A stretch of DNA of 64,000 nt. Source: Raillietiella orientalis. Its lineage: Eukaryota. Where the stretch lies: assembly GCA_036172245.1 (NCBI GenBank), contig JAYWIR010000022.1, positions 558,001-622,000 on the forward strand. Reading direction: 5' to 3'. Position 1 is the stretch's first letter; each line of letters begins with the position of its first letter. Shown piece by piece: positions 52,341 through 64,000 of the stretch. The notes beneath the pieces were generated by a model. That model did no database searches and had not been told where the DNA came from. It saw nothing but the letters and a program-made list of their open reading frames with translations. Both the position numbers and the translations under genes were made by a program.

Positions 52341-54649
52341 GGCGGGTTAGCGTAGCGTGGAAACCAGAAGGGGGCGAAAGGGAGGGGAGAGAAGGGGGGG
52401 GGGGGGAACTCAGAAGAAAGCAAGGATTTTGTTCAAGAAAATTGACCAGAATCGGCTGCTAATGTTGCGGCATTTCAAGCAAAACCAATCGTAATCGGGT
52501 GAAACTGCTTCAAGTTTTGCGGATTATTCAATATAACCTTCGGAGCATGAAGATTCGTAAGCCATTATTTTAATAGTTTCATTACCCAGGGACCTAACGA
52601 CACCAAATTTGTCACTGTGTGCGGCCGTATCGAAAACTCGGGGAGCTTTCGTTCTTTCCGGAAACGGTTAATAGATATTTATATACACTCGAATCTTATC
52701 GGCTGGGGGTGAGGGGGGGGGGCTGGAATAACCCAAGGTTTTGCTTTGTTTTGCCTTTTTACGAAAAAGAAGGAAGAACGCTTTTGCCGCATTCTTGGTA
52801 CGTACGGTACGTTTCTGCAGCGAGCGCTTCGTCGGCAGCGACGGTGATGCCCGCATTTTTGCATGCGCCGTCTTTCTGCAGCTCGTCTTATCCACACGTC
52901 GAGCATCATGGTCGAAGACCTCGTGGACGGGAAAGTGGAACGTCACTGGTCCTGGTCTCCCGCGTGCCACGCACGCTCATGTGGCGGCACTTCCTCCGTT
53001 AAGGGGAAAAATTGCGAGCGGCAACGGCAGTGACGGTAACGATGACGACGGCGGCGTTTGATGAATGCACTGCGTCCCCATAATGGATCGATTTCCACCC
53101 GCGAACTTTCACCGAAGAGATTCCAAGAGCAGATCGGGGTACCCGAGCCGCTGCTGCTGCCCTGCTGCTGCTGCATCTTGAAATTCTCAACCGTCCCCGA
53201 CTCCTCCGCCGTCTCTGCGCCCCGACCCTCCGCTCCTGGGACCGCAGGTTCCAGGCCAGCGTCCCGTGCGAGCGCGCCGGCGGCTGGGAGAGAGGGCCGG
53301 GCTGACGCGCCCGCCCGCCCCGGACGGGAGCTGAGACTGGGGAGCTCGGGGCTGACACCTCGCGGCGACCTTCTCCAGTGGGAGGCTGCTCCGCGCCGCA
53401 CTCTCAGCTGCCTCCTCTTTGACGTTTCCGGAAAAAGGGGAAGCGGAACGGGATGGCACCCATTTCCCTCTCCCTTTTTTCTTTTTTGTTCTCCGTAGTT
53501 CACGTCAAGTTCTCTTTGACGGGAGGAGGGCAGCCGGAAGAATGGGGAGCGCGTGCAGGGAGCCCGTCGGAGCTCAGGGACCCCCCGGTCCACCGTTTCG
53601 AGAGGAAACGATGCCGTCCCCTGCTCTCTCGAAACCGAGCTGGAGCCGTCGGTGGAACAGGAAGGGGTCGGGGAGGGGATTTCTTTTTTGATATCGAAGG
53701 CCTTGCTGTCACCCCGGAGTCCCCCACGGCCCTGACGAGTTCGCTTCTGGGTCGCGATGACGCGCACCCATCCCTGCCCACCACCACCGCGACGGGAGGC
53801 GGCCGAAACCCTTGAGGGCGCAAATGGAAAGGGAACCGCAAACCGGGGTTCCCTGCTTTTCTTTTTCCTGCTGCGTGCTCTTCCGGACGGTGCTGCCCTC
53901 AGGGTGCGGCCCGGAGAGACCCTCCTCGGGAACGGAGGATCTCGAGCGACCCTCGGGGAGCGGAGAATTGATCGCCGAGGCCCTAAGCAGCGGGAGGGGG
54001 GGGGCGCCACCACCATCCCTTCCTCCTCGGAGTGTCTCTGCCCGGACGCTTCGGGTCGGATGAATGTGCACCACCACCCTCATCGGAGGGGACCGCGGGT
54101 CGGCGCCTCGACCTCATGATGGATCCCTTGAGCAGCCCAAGGGTAATGCCTGCCGTGCAGGCTGTGGCGGCGGAGCCTGCTGGGATCGAAACGAGGGGAG
54201 GGTCCGTCGTCTCCTCCTCCTCCTCTCCCTCTCTCCGGGCTTCCGCCCGCCGTCACGGAGGGCGGGAAGGGAAGACTCCGGGAGGGCTCCCTCCTCGGGG
54301 TGTGCGTCGGGGGAGAGCGCCAGCAGCAGCGAGCCGGAGGCGACGGTGAAGAGGCGCCAGCGGGCGTCCTCCGTCGCCCGGGTCAGGCTGCACGTGTGGC
54401 GCGAGCGCCGAGGGAGCGGAGCGTCCATCGAGGGAGAACCCCCGACCTAGCAGGGGAGCGATCCTGACACCTCCTCCCCTACTCCTTGGGGGAGAGCGCG
54501 TGCTCGTCGCTTCTCGCTCGAGCCTCGTCCAAGAGCCCGAAGGCCGCCTCCAGAGGAGGAAAAAAGAAGCGGCGACCCCCGCGGTCCATTTCGGCGGGAG
54601 TTCGCGGCTGTCCCCCGGGGGGTATCGTCATGGGGGCCGGGAAGCGTGG

Positions 54650-56450
54650 ATCAGCTCTCCTGTCGGGGGGCCTCGCCCGCTCACATGTGCGTTTTCGCGC
54701 CTCTCGGACGCTGCGTCCGACAGCGGTTACCGCGAAAAGCGCTGACCACTACAGCGCGTCTCCGCGGTACCGCCCCCGAAAAGTAGGCGCGAGCAGGAAA
54801 TCCCCCTTTTCCTCAGGAGCACTGGCCTTCCGGATCCGCACTTTCTCGTCTGCCCTCCGTCGTCCTGGAAACGTCCGAGAAACGTCATCCTCTTCGTCCG
54901 CTCGCTTCACGGACAGACCTCCTCTTAGGCTGCCCAGGAGGGAAGAATATTCAGCGGACGCCCTCCTCACGGGGTGGATGAAGGGTCTCTCTTTTGATTA
55001 CCCCCAGCACCCGGCTCCACTGTGAGCTCTCGGCCCCTTTCCAGGGAGGAGGAACCGCAACGAGAGGTGGAGCCCTCGGGATGTTCTCTCTGCTGCCACC
55101 GCTGCTGGAGATGGAGCACCAAGTGGTCTCTGCCGGAGCCCTCGCGTTTCGCTTCGAGGTCGGTTGGTGTCCTCCCCTGCAGGATCCAGGAAGAAGGGAG
55201 CCGGGAAAAAGGTTAGCGCTCCGCCACGTCTTCACTGCGATCCAGTGGGGAGGCGCGCTGCTCCGAGTGTAGGAAGAGGGAGCGGTGACAGTGGAGTGGA
55301 GACCTCCAATGGGGGTTTCAGCAATGGGGCAGGGTGTGTGCGCGTCCTCGATACGGGAGTGTAGGTGTAGGGGAGGGCTGCTTGTGGATGTGGCGCTATC
55401 GTCGGTCGCTGAAGTCAGTCAGGTGCAAGAAGCAAGAGCAAGGCGTGGCGCCCCTCCTCTGGGCAAATCAACAGGGCGCGGGCGTTTCGCGCGCGCCCAG
55501 AAGTCACTCTGGAGCGGGCAGGTTGCGGATAGCCTAAGAGCACTTCCAGAAGTCCTTTCCATTCCGGCCCAAAAACAGCAGTCTCCGTCCTTCCGGCAGC
55601 CGGCATTCCAGCCGGCTCTGGAATGCCGGCGATCTTCCTCAGGCTTTTCTCCCCGCGGCGCTGCTTCCAGTGAGCGGAGACCCTCCTCCAAACGGGTCAA
55701 AGAAAGAGGCAGAATCGGAACGTGTCTGCAGCTTCCACGAAAGGCGGCGGTCGCTCTGAGCGCTGCGGCGGAGACCTTATCGCTGTAGGCCGCCGACTCT
55801 CGACCGTCAGGCGGCGTTGGGAACTATCCCTGCGGCTACAGCCCTCTGTTCCCATCGAAACCCCTCGGCGGTGGTCCAAAGGAAACAAGCTCAAATGACT
55901 GTGCGGCTTCCCTCCTGGGAGCCGACTTACCGAGCTTGTGCAGGACACCAGTTACTTGGGAAACGCGGCTTCCGGGTGGAGGATCACTTAACCAACGTTG
56001 TAGGGAGGTCACGGCGTCATGCGAGGGCAGATGGTTCCAACTTGGACCACTCATTACCCCTTTTTCGTTCCCTATCCCATCAGAGGGCCTGTCTGAGAAA
56101 TGTAGGGCCCTACAGAGGGCATTCCGCCTGCCTCCTTCGCTGCCGAGCATAGTTGCTGTTTCATAGGGCTGTCGCGGGCCTACGAGATTGCGTAGGGAGT
56201 AACTCTCCTGCCTCCTACAACGGGGTCTTCCTGGCTGCTGGCTGCGCTTCTGAGGTGGGAACAAGCCCTCCCGGCGGCGGTGACCAGATCCTGATGAAGA
56301 CTGATTCCTTAAAACCAGCCGTAGGGCCACTTGCGCCTATCTGTCCGTGTAGCGAGAGTCAGGGAGCAACTTCCCTAAATATCTCAGAGGTACAAATCAG
56401 GAGGGCAGACCTCATTGGGATAAGGGAAGGACCGACGGGATCCTCGAGCT
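54650..56450 (-). mobile_element. Decayed L1/Tx1-like ORF2 (EN-RT linker region)
   Basis: Scattered motifs such as APEEKGDFLL (cf. LPKKGDL) and AVGRSVRE (cf. PGRSI.D) in GC-rich, frameshifted sequence. Confidence 0.3.
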
Positions 56451-57386
56451 CTGCTGCTGAATAAGTGAGATGCACTCTCGGACCTGAGAGTGGGAGCGAG
56501 GTACCTCCGGCTTTACCTTTCTGCAAAAAGTGCCAGAATCTGCGTTGGAGGTCCACCGTGACAAGGAAGCAGCCTTACTGCTAAAAAGGTGAGTGAAAGA
56601 TGAGGAAGAGCACCTCGTTCAGTCGAAAAAGCAAGGGATAAATATGGCAAGAGGATGAGATGGAAGGCCACTCGGTGCCGTCGGGAACGACTTGGGTCGG
56701 TTGCAAAGGTAGGAGCGACCCTGGAACGTCGTCCGTTGCAGCAAGCCCCGCGTCTTCCGATAAGAGAGAGAGATGCCTCCAGCTTTTGCTAGGGGCAAGA
56801 ATTGGTTCCGATGCGTCCGCAACATGGAAGTGCTGGTGCTGACGCCACAGAGTGCCTCCCTCCGCATGAGGACCCACGCGCAGACGTGCGCAGGAGTCAG
56901 CGAGCGCCTGCAAGGCGGGAGCTGTTCTTGATCCTTCTCCATAGCAACTCCTGCATTTATTTTCAGGCGGCTTCTCTCCCTCCCCTTCCTCCATGCTCGT
57001 CCCGCCACGTCCCAATTCGTCCCGCTAACCCTCCAGGGTCCAAAAGAGGGAAGCACTAGAGGGTGGTTTGCTCGTTCGCCGACGGGAGACCCGCCATTGC
57101 AAGGTGTCTGACGCAGCTTCGGGGGAGGAAGAAAAGGGGGGCGGGGTAGCACAGGGCACTGCTATCGATCAGTGAGATACGCCGTCCTTCGTGCTAACCA
57201 CCTCTTGCTTTCTCCCCTTCCCTCTGCTTCTCAAAGGCACTCCCCAGGAGGCGGCTAGCTCCGATGTCCTGTTGGATCCTTCCTCTCTGATTTCGAGCGC
57301 ACCCGAACGAAAGGGTAGGGTCTTTTTCTTCCTTCTTCTGGATGCTTCCGGCGGTGGGAGAAGGTGGTCTGGACCTGATGGGGTCC

Positions 57387-59861
57387 CTAGTTGTCCTCCA
57401 GGGAGCAGGTGCACAGAGGGATCACGTGACCAGGCGAACGGATCCCCAGCGGGGAGGTGTTCACGCGACGGGATGCAGAGGTGGCGCGCCTTCGATCGCC
57501 GCTGCCGTACTCTCCGCGGGGGCCTGTCGTGGCCACTTCCGAGCCGCGGAGCGCACCCGGGAATCGGCCCAAAGGCAGTGTACTGAGGGGGTCTCCGGAC
57601 CCTACTGCCGGAAGGGGCCGCGCCGCGACCTGCAGCGAGATGAGAAACTCGTCCCAGTCCCCGGGCTTCTGGAGCCTCCCTCCTTTCTCATCCTCATCCT
57701 CCTTCTCGGAAGGCAGGAGCCCGCGGTCCGGGAGGCTCCCGTCGGTGCGGGAGTTTCCAGAAAGGCTCGACCCGCGGCAACAGCAGTACGGGAACCGGCA
57801 AGGGGGCAGGGTGTGGTCTGGAGCCGGGACGGAGACAAGGCGTTGCTGCCGACATCGACAGCAGCAGGAGTCCGTGGCATCCTCAACTGCCGATGCCCGG
57901 TGGTGCCGCACCGGCGGCGGCATGCACTGCAGCTGCTGCCGCTGCCGCCGTCGTCCCCATCCGGCGGTAAGTGGAACGTCGCCGTTCTGGTAGGTACCGC
58001 TGCCTTTGCTTTCCAGTGATATGCGCTCGGGGGAAATGGTGGCGCTGCCGTCCATTTTGACGAGGTTCCCGCTACGGACCGGCGGGTCCTCCCACTTACT
58101 GCCGGGAGAGGGTCCGCGCCTCCCTTTGAACGGGTCGTGGTTCTCGCACGGGCAGAAGCTCCCGACGGAGAGCAGCGTGCGGACCTCTCTCTCGGCTCCG
58201 CAGAATGTCTTCAGAGACTGCTTCTCAAAGACCTCGTCATCGAACCAGCGGCTGTCCAGGGACGCGACCGACACCATCAGGAAGGAGATGACGATCTCAA
58301 GGAGCCTCAGGGAGAAATGGTAGCTCCACCAGGACCAGGGATCGAGGGGACCTGGGAAGCGTCCCAGATCGTACAGCCCAAATATCCCGAAGCAGTACAC
58401 GGAGAGGAACACAAAGGACAGCAGGGAGGAAACGAAGGTCATGTTCGCGGCACACCGGAGGGCGGGACGGGACACACACGAGAACGCCTTCCGCGCCTTT
58501 TCCTGCCTCGACGTCGTTGATCCCTCGGCAGAGAAGAACACTCGGGAGGAGGAGGAGGAGGAGGAGGACGCAACCTGGATCCTCTGGAAGCAGAAGCAGT
58601 AGCAAAGGCACAGGGCGAAGAACCAGATGACAAAGAGCAGCTGGCTGATGAAGCAGAAGAGGGAGGCGTTGGGGATGCTGCCAGCGATGACATCGCTGCC
58701 GACAATGAACGAGAAGTACAGCACAATGCCGAGCAGCAAGGAAACGGAGTCGGCGCCCAGCAGACGCAGCCTGGTGGTGACGAGGATGACGTAGAACAGC
58801 ACGGAGAAAGTGGACAGCAGGCAGGGGAGGCCCATATCGATGAGGACCAGGCTGAGGACGGGGGGATACGTGCCCCGCAGGTTGTACGCATCCATAAAGA
58901 AGAACGTCGTCCTGCTGAGGCCGAACAGGGAGAAGAGTACGTTCACAAACAGGAAGAATCCGCGGGTGATCATCCTGGTAGAGGACAGGAGCAGGCGGAG
59001 GTTGGAGACCGCATAGAGAGTGAGCAGCAGGAATAGGGCAGCCAGGATATACACATGGGCGTACCACGCTCTCCCGAGCTGGTTCAGGGCGTCCTCAAAT
59101 TCCGGAACGGGGTAAAAGTAGACCGCCGGCTGGTGAATCCTTTCGACCACAGTCGCGGTCGTGGTCAACGGCTGCTCCTTCTTGCGGAAGAGTGGTGTTC
59201 GGGAGATGCTGTGCTCCTCCTCCTGACCGTGCAGAGTCGGCGACTTGGTGGCGGCAGAAGAGGTTCCTGCAGTGATGTTAGGGAGGCTGGTGCCTTTGCT
59301 GACACTCTCGGGGAGCACTGCTCTGGAAGACGGGGAGGAGTCAGGTCTTTCACTCTCAGGCTGGTTCCAGGGAACATTTGAAACTTTGGTATTCACTGAC
59401 GACACATTTTCGTCCTCAAAGGGCTTCCAAGATTCTTCGTGCTGCACCGAAGGAGACGACGAATATTCAGCTAGCCATTGAAAAGGCGGGAAGAGTTCTT
59501 GAGAAGGAGTCGCCTTGGTTAAAACTCTGTTTCTGGTGATGCCTTGGATCAGTTTGGGGATGTTGACGAATACTTTATAAGTGGTACTTTGCGAGTGATG
59601 GGAGGAAGAAGGACCGGGATTCTTGTATTGAGGATTGAACCCACCGCTGTCAAAAGACACTTTATTGAACACTGCGGCGATTTCATCCTCGATGTGGCTG
59701 TAGTTCCGCGAGCGAAGAGATCTGGGAAACTTTCCGGGGTTGAATGAACGGCCGGCTTCTGAATACAGAAGGATAAAGTCGCCAAAGATGGAAATCAGGA
59801 AGACAACTGCTCTCTGCATGCACATGAAATTCATGAGAGTTACGTCGCAGGAAGTCCCCAT
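57387..59861 (-). CDS. Proline-rich transmembrane protein 3/4-like multipass (~7 TM) membrane protein, 824 aa, single coding exon
   Basis: Uninterrupted 2475-nt ORF with a hydrophobic N-terminal signal-like segment, an S/P/T-rich ectodomain and about 7 hydrophobic helices. Recalled PRRT3/4-type motifs AW.aHVY..a.LF, R..ff..DAY, P.L.s.Fs and PW.WW.....lRL.E are present. A splice acceptor (tgttttccag) at 59978 suggests a spliced 5' UTR. Confidence 0.8.
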   Translation of the reverse strand: MGTSCDVTLMNFMCMQRAVVFLISIFGDFILLYSEAGRSFNPGKFPRSLRSRNYSHIEDEIAAVFNKVSFDSGGFNPQYKNPGPSSSHHSQSTTYKVFVNIPKLIQGITRNRVLTKATPSQELFPPFQWLAEYSSSPSVQHEESWKPFEDENVSSVNTKVSNVPWNQPESERPDSSPSSRAVLPESVSKGTSLPNITAGTSSAATKSPTLHGQEEEHSISRTPLFRKKEQPLTTTATVVERIHQPAVYFYPVPEFEDALNQLGRAWYAHVYILAALFLLLTLYAVSNLRLLLSSTRMITRGFFLFVNVLFSLFGLSRTTFFFMDAYNLRGTYPPVLSLVLIDMGLPCLLSTFSVLFYVILVTTRLRLLGADSVSLLLGIVLYFSFIVGSDVIAGSIPNASLFCFISQLLFVIWFFALCLCYCFCFQRIQVASSSSSSSSRVFFSAEGSTTSRQEKARKAFSCVSRPALRCAANMTFVSSLLSFVFLSVYCFGIFGLYDLGRFPGPLDPWSWWSYHFSLRLLEIVISFLMVSVASLDSRWFDDEVFEKQSLKTFCGAEREVRTLLSVGSFCPCENHDPFKGRRGPSPGSKWEDPPVRSGNLVKMDGSATISPERISLESKGSGTYQNGDVPLTAGWGRRRQRQQLQCMPPPVRHHRASAVEDATDSCCCRCRQQRLVSVPAPDHTLPPCRFPYCCCRGSSLSGNSRTDGSLPDRGLLPSEKEDEDEKGGRLQKPGDWDEFLISLQVAARPLPAVGSGDPLSTLPLGRFPGALRGSEVATTGPRGEYGSGDRRRATSASRRVNTSPLGIRSPGHVIPLCTCSLEDN

Positions 59862-62029
59862 ATCCTAAAGACTGATGATGCTTTCGATTCAGGATAGGGA
59901 ATAAGTCCATCACCGTAGGATACAATGCACATTCTTCGTTATAAAACATTTATACGTGGGCTTCTCAAAATGCAGCTCTGGAAAACATAAGAGAACCATC
60001 ACTATCGGAGTGCCAGATTTTTCCTCTTGAGCACACTATTGCTAGCTTTCTGTGGTTTCGAATATCAGAACGCAGACAGAGGGTTTTAGTGCTTCAACAC
60101 TTGAAAACAAGAAAAGCAAAAAAATCAACGTTTAAGCACACATTTCAAAGTCAAATGGCTGGGACAAGGGATCCACTTCTAGCATTTCTTCCCGAGCAAT
60201 AACAACAACCGCGAGGAGTCTGAGATGTGCTGTTCCGTGATTCAGTAGAAGCAAAGGAGGCTGTTTACAGATCGGAAAGCAAACACTCAATATCGAGCAC
60301 CGGCTAGGGTGTAAACTACTTGTCTAAACGTCAAAGAGGCGCAGTGGTTTCCTTGAGCCAACAGAAGCTCAAAGGAAAACAACACCGAGCCACCACCAAA
60401 CGCGCCTGGATCCTGTTCAGCAGTGGCCACCCTCTCTTCGTTTGTGGCTCAGTGTGCAGGATGTGCCTCTCTGACCACTTTCCACGCCTGGCACGGACTC
60501 GGCTCCACGTCCACAGTGGTTTGCAGCCAGGTTTGCACAGTCAAGTTCCTGGAGGGGAGGCGCCGCTATTTTTCCGGAGGAAAAAAAAAAAAAGAAGAAA
60601 AAGTCGCAATCTTTACGGGACGCAACCCGTCGAATCGAGTACGTGTTTCTGCACAGCTTCTGAGGGGGACGGTTCATCTCCTGTAATCTTAAATAAATAG
60701 ATGTGACGGCTGAAACGTTTTTTTTTTTTTTCTTGGATTCCTTCCTTTTGTCGGATGCAAAAACCCATTTCGTCCCAAGAATCCCGGTTCGACGGCCTTA
60801 CCGGAAACAAGATTCAAGAAGGTAAACCATGCGCACCGTATTCATTTTTCAATTTGGTGTTGTGTTATGAGGAAAACGCGTTTCTGCAACAACGGCTAGG
60901 TAACTGGCGGGGAGCGGAGTGGGGTGGGCGGGGTGGGGGGGATGATTACTATATTCCTGCTTCCTCCACACCGCGAAGGAAATGCGTGTCATTATTCGCA
61001 AAGTCTCTATCCTGCTTTTCATTAAGGTAATGACAAAATTGATTAAAGCTGAGTAAAAGCGCGTTGGGTTCTCTCGGAAGGAGCTGCTTTTTGCGTGCAG
61101 CTCCACGATGCAGCTCGATTACGGATGACCCTCAGTTTCCCCCCTCTCTCCCCCTTTTTTTCTTTTTCATTTTGCATTTCTATTTGCCTTTTAAATGATG
61201 ATGTTCGAAGGACTGAATCGGATCCCCACGACACGCGTGTGCACGTCAGGTTGGGGAGTGACCTGTATATCTTTCTCCCCCCCCCCGAATGTCCTGGCCT
61301 GCAAGCGACTCGCGAGAGAACGATCGAGGGTGCGTGCTTGACGTGGTGTTTCCTGTGGGAGACCCTGGATGCAATTACTTCGGTACGGCAGGCGCTTGAG
61401 AGCGTGAACACAAAGCCGAGTTTTCAAGAAACACGGAGGAGCTCCATTGCAGAAAACGCGGTCGATTACTTGCATCTAAAACAACCTTCGGCGTCAACAC
61501 TTTATTAACTCGGCCAGGTTAACTTGGTGTAGACAGGCGGACGAGGAGAAATCGAACCGAGAAGAGACACGTAAAAAATATCACATCCCTCCCCCCCCCC
61601 CGCCCGCCGCTGCGGGCGTTCCTCTTTTAGCGCCGGGAAGGAAAGAGAGGGTGAACTTGCCGAGCCCCCTCGAGGAAGTCTGAGCTGAAATCATGGGGGT
61701 TTGGCGACAAATCGTCGCTGCAAATGAGAGCTCATGAGACCGCATTAGCGAGTTTGCGAAGCTGGTCAAGCAGGTCGGCAGAGTAAACAACCTCCGGGTT
61801 CGAGATTTGCCCATCGCTGTTGTGATGGATACTTCGACGTCGCTTGCGTAAATATTAATCCCGAGGGACTTGGGTTGAGTGCATTTGCTTACAGTAAAAT
61901 TTTTATGGCAGAAAAGAGAGGAAACGACGACACAAGCAAATCCATAATGCAATTTCATCTGATCACAGGGTTCATGATCTGCAGATTAATCAACTGAACT
62001 GTACAAACGACGGTAACATGCGAAGTAAT

Positions 62030-62600
62030 CAATTCAATCGGAAATTGTATAGCAGCAAACAAACTTGGGGGGAGCTTTTATTGGATTACTCTTTCGATTA
62101 CTAAAAAACAACTGTGCGGAAAGAACGGGCTTTCCCTGCAGCACGGATTTACATTCGGACGTGATTTGGGACTTTTCTGCACTTCGTCATTATTTGCATT
62201 ATCAGTCTTCCAGTCGCTGGAGCCTTTCACAACGGGCGGAAGTCACGGTCCGGACGCACGGATTGCATTATTTCAGGAGGCTGTCCGCATCCCGCTTTGG
62301 CGACGGTGAGTCCCCCGACCCCTCCCCCCCTCTCCTCCTCCTCCTCGGGATCGGTGGAGGAGGATGGCTTCCTCGTCGTCCGTCCTTTGCCAGTGCCCGC
62401 TTCACCCGGCCGCTCCATGATAAGCTTAATGAAATTTGCAGATTTCTTTCAGAGGCATGCAAGGCCGTGGTTTCCTTCCGATCCCTGCGTTCGCTGGGAC
62501 CATGGTAACCTAATTTCTCAATTACGAAACGGCTACAAATCAGCAGTCCCATCCATCTTCGAAGTCCTCCGTTCACCACGCTTCCTCTGGTCGGAAATCG
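62030..62600 (-). mobile_element. Very decayed mariner-like transposase C-terminal fragment
   Basis: QPPEIMQSVRPDRDFRPL is reminiscent of PPYSPDLAPSDFHLF, with downstream V...L..P..FF-like residues. Weak. Confidence 0.25.
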
Positions 62601-63962
62601 ACCTCTTCCCCCGTTTTTCTTTTTTTCTTCAATGGGTATCGCATTCCTATTTCCTCGAGCTGGAAAGTGGTTAAAGATTCATCACTGTTATTAAATATTG
62701 CAGGCCCGTCGCTTTCATCCTTCTTCCCTTTAAAATTTTCATAACCACTTCTTTTTCTCGAAGGCAATCGTTTCGCTCTGCTCACGGTACGACTGTGATG
62801 CGACTTCGCTCCTTATCTCCTTCGCTGCTTCCTTGCTTCTTCAGGTGATGCCACTCCTAAAGGGAAGGTGCCTTACACTGCTTCTTGGACGTCTCGAACA
62901 ACCAACGAGCAAGAATCAACTTGCAGTATTTAAAAGCAAATGCTCACTTGTTTACTAAATAGTCTGAAGCCAGCTTGTTTTCTCTCTTCCTAGACTAAAC
63001 AGTTCCACTAGGGAAACGGCTTTTCGACATCTTCCTGATCTCCCCATTTGCACATTACATTACCCAACATGTGCAATTCGCTGTAACAAACAGCAATAAA
63101 CTATGCTGCTATATATATATATATATGTATATATGAATTAAAAACTTCCAACTTCTATTAACTTTGGATTATTCTCGCGCAGCCCCTTGCGTTACCGTTT
63201 ACCAAATCCTGACATAAATCATTTAACGTAATAAATCCATTTACATTTAGTATTCATAACTCCAAGCGCAGACTCCATGTTCCGTCCTTGATAAATGATG
63301 GCTGTCGCATGATTAAACACATATTAAATAATGGTTAGTTGTGATTCGTAACACAAAACGTTTATTACTGTGATATTATTATAATACCATTTAATGCAAA
63401 ATGCATTAATTATAAATATGTTCACGTTGGACGATCCATGCTATCATCCATCTTTCACGAGATGGGATTTTTGTTGATGTTTCACACTAGGAAGAGGGAA
63501 CATTGCATAACGCAGTGTCCATCGCCCACCCATCTCGCATGGAGCCATTTTTCAGTCATCATCCGAACCAACCCTCAATTCAATTTACCAAATGTGAGAT
63601 CAGCTTTATAGAACCCCTTGATTTCCATCGTGATTTCTGTTGAACATATGCGAGGAGCTATTTTTGAAGCTGCAAGAGATGCTGAACTTGATAGCCAAAA
63701 GAACAAGAGAGAGAGAGAGAGAGAGAGAGGAACGCAAAAAAAAAAAAAAAGAAAAGAAAAAAAAAAAATGAAGAATGACGAACACCTGAGATCCAAATTG
63801 CTTATGTTCAAGAGTTCCCTTTTTTGTCTGTTCAACTTTACACATGATGGTCGAAAGAAACTTCAAAGAACATAATTCAGTCGAAATAAAGAGGAATCAG
63901 AAAAACCACCGAAACTTTTTTTTTCCCCCTTCCCCGCTTCAAACAGTCGTTCTCAGCATCCG

Positions 63963-63993
<31 letters not shown>

Positions 63994-64000
63994 GTGGTCC

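Noticed and set aside
40500..57300. Many long overlapping ORFs (up to 357 aa) in the six-frame track
   Set aside because: They are Arg/Gly/Pro-rich products of GC-rich, stop-poor decayed repeats. They have no domains, no consistent splice structure, and they cross homopolymer runs.

Overview
Eukaryotic genomic DNA from an invertebrate animal. An arthropod fits best (inferred from the DP N-terminus), and a motile-cilia gene argues against a nematode. Most introns are very short (about 43-60 nt) and homopolymer runs are frequent. Five genes were recognised by splicing exons by hand: (1) the 3' three exons of CFAP300/C11orf70 (+, 79-2415); (2) an 11-exon E2F dimerisation partner DP gene (+, 11115-23611, ~517 aa) with a 9.8-kb second intron; (3) VHL (+, 28858-29759, 151 aa); (4) RUVBL1/pontin (+, 29844-31403, 456 aa), starting only 84 bp after the VHL stop; (5) a single-coding-exon PRRT3/PRRT4-like multipass membrane protein (-, 57387-59861). 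One or two unrecognised multi-exon genes probably lie on the minus strand (~2.5-5 kb and ~24-28.7 kb). The rest is largely decayed mariner transposons and L1/Tx1-like and other LINE fragments. The most interesting features are an operon-like VHL-RUVBL1 junction, where the VHL poly(A) site would coincide with a splice acceptor 2 nt before the RUVBL1 ATG; a 257-bp perfect inverted repeat in the DP intron with a template-switch signature; several perfect short hairpins in otherwise decayed DNA; and a back-to-back fusion of two LINE 3' ends. All family calls come from recalled motifs. No database searches were run.
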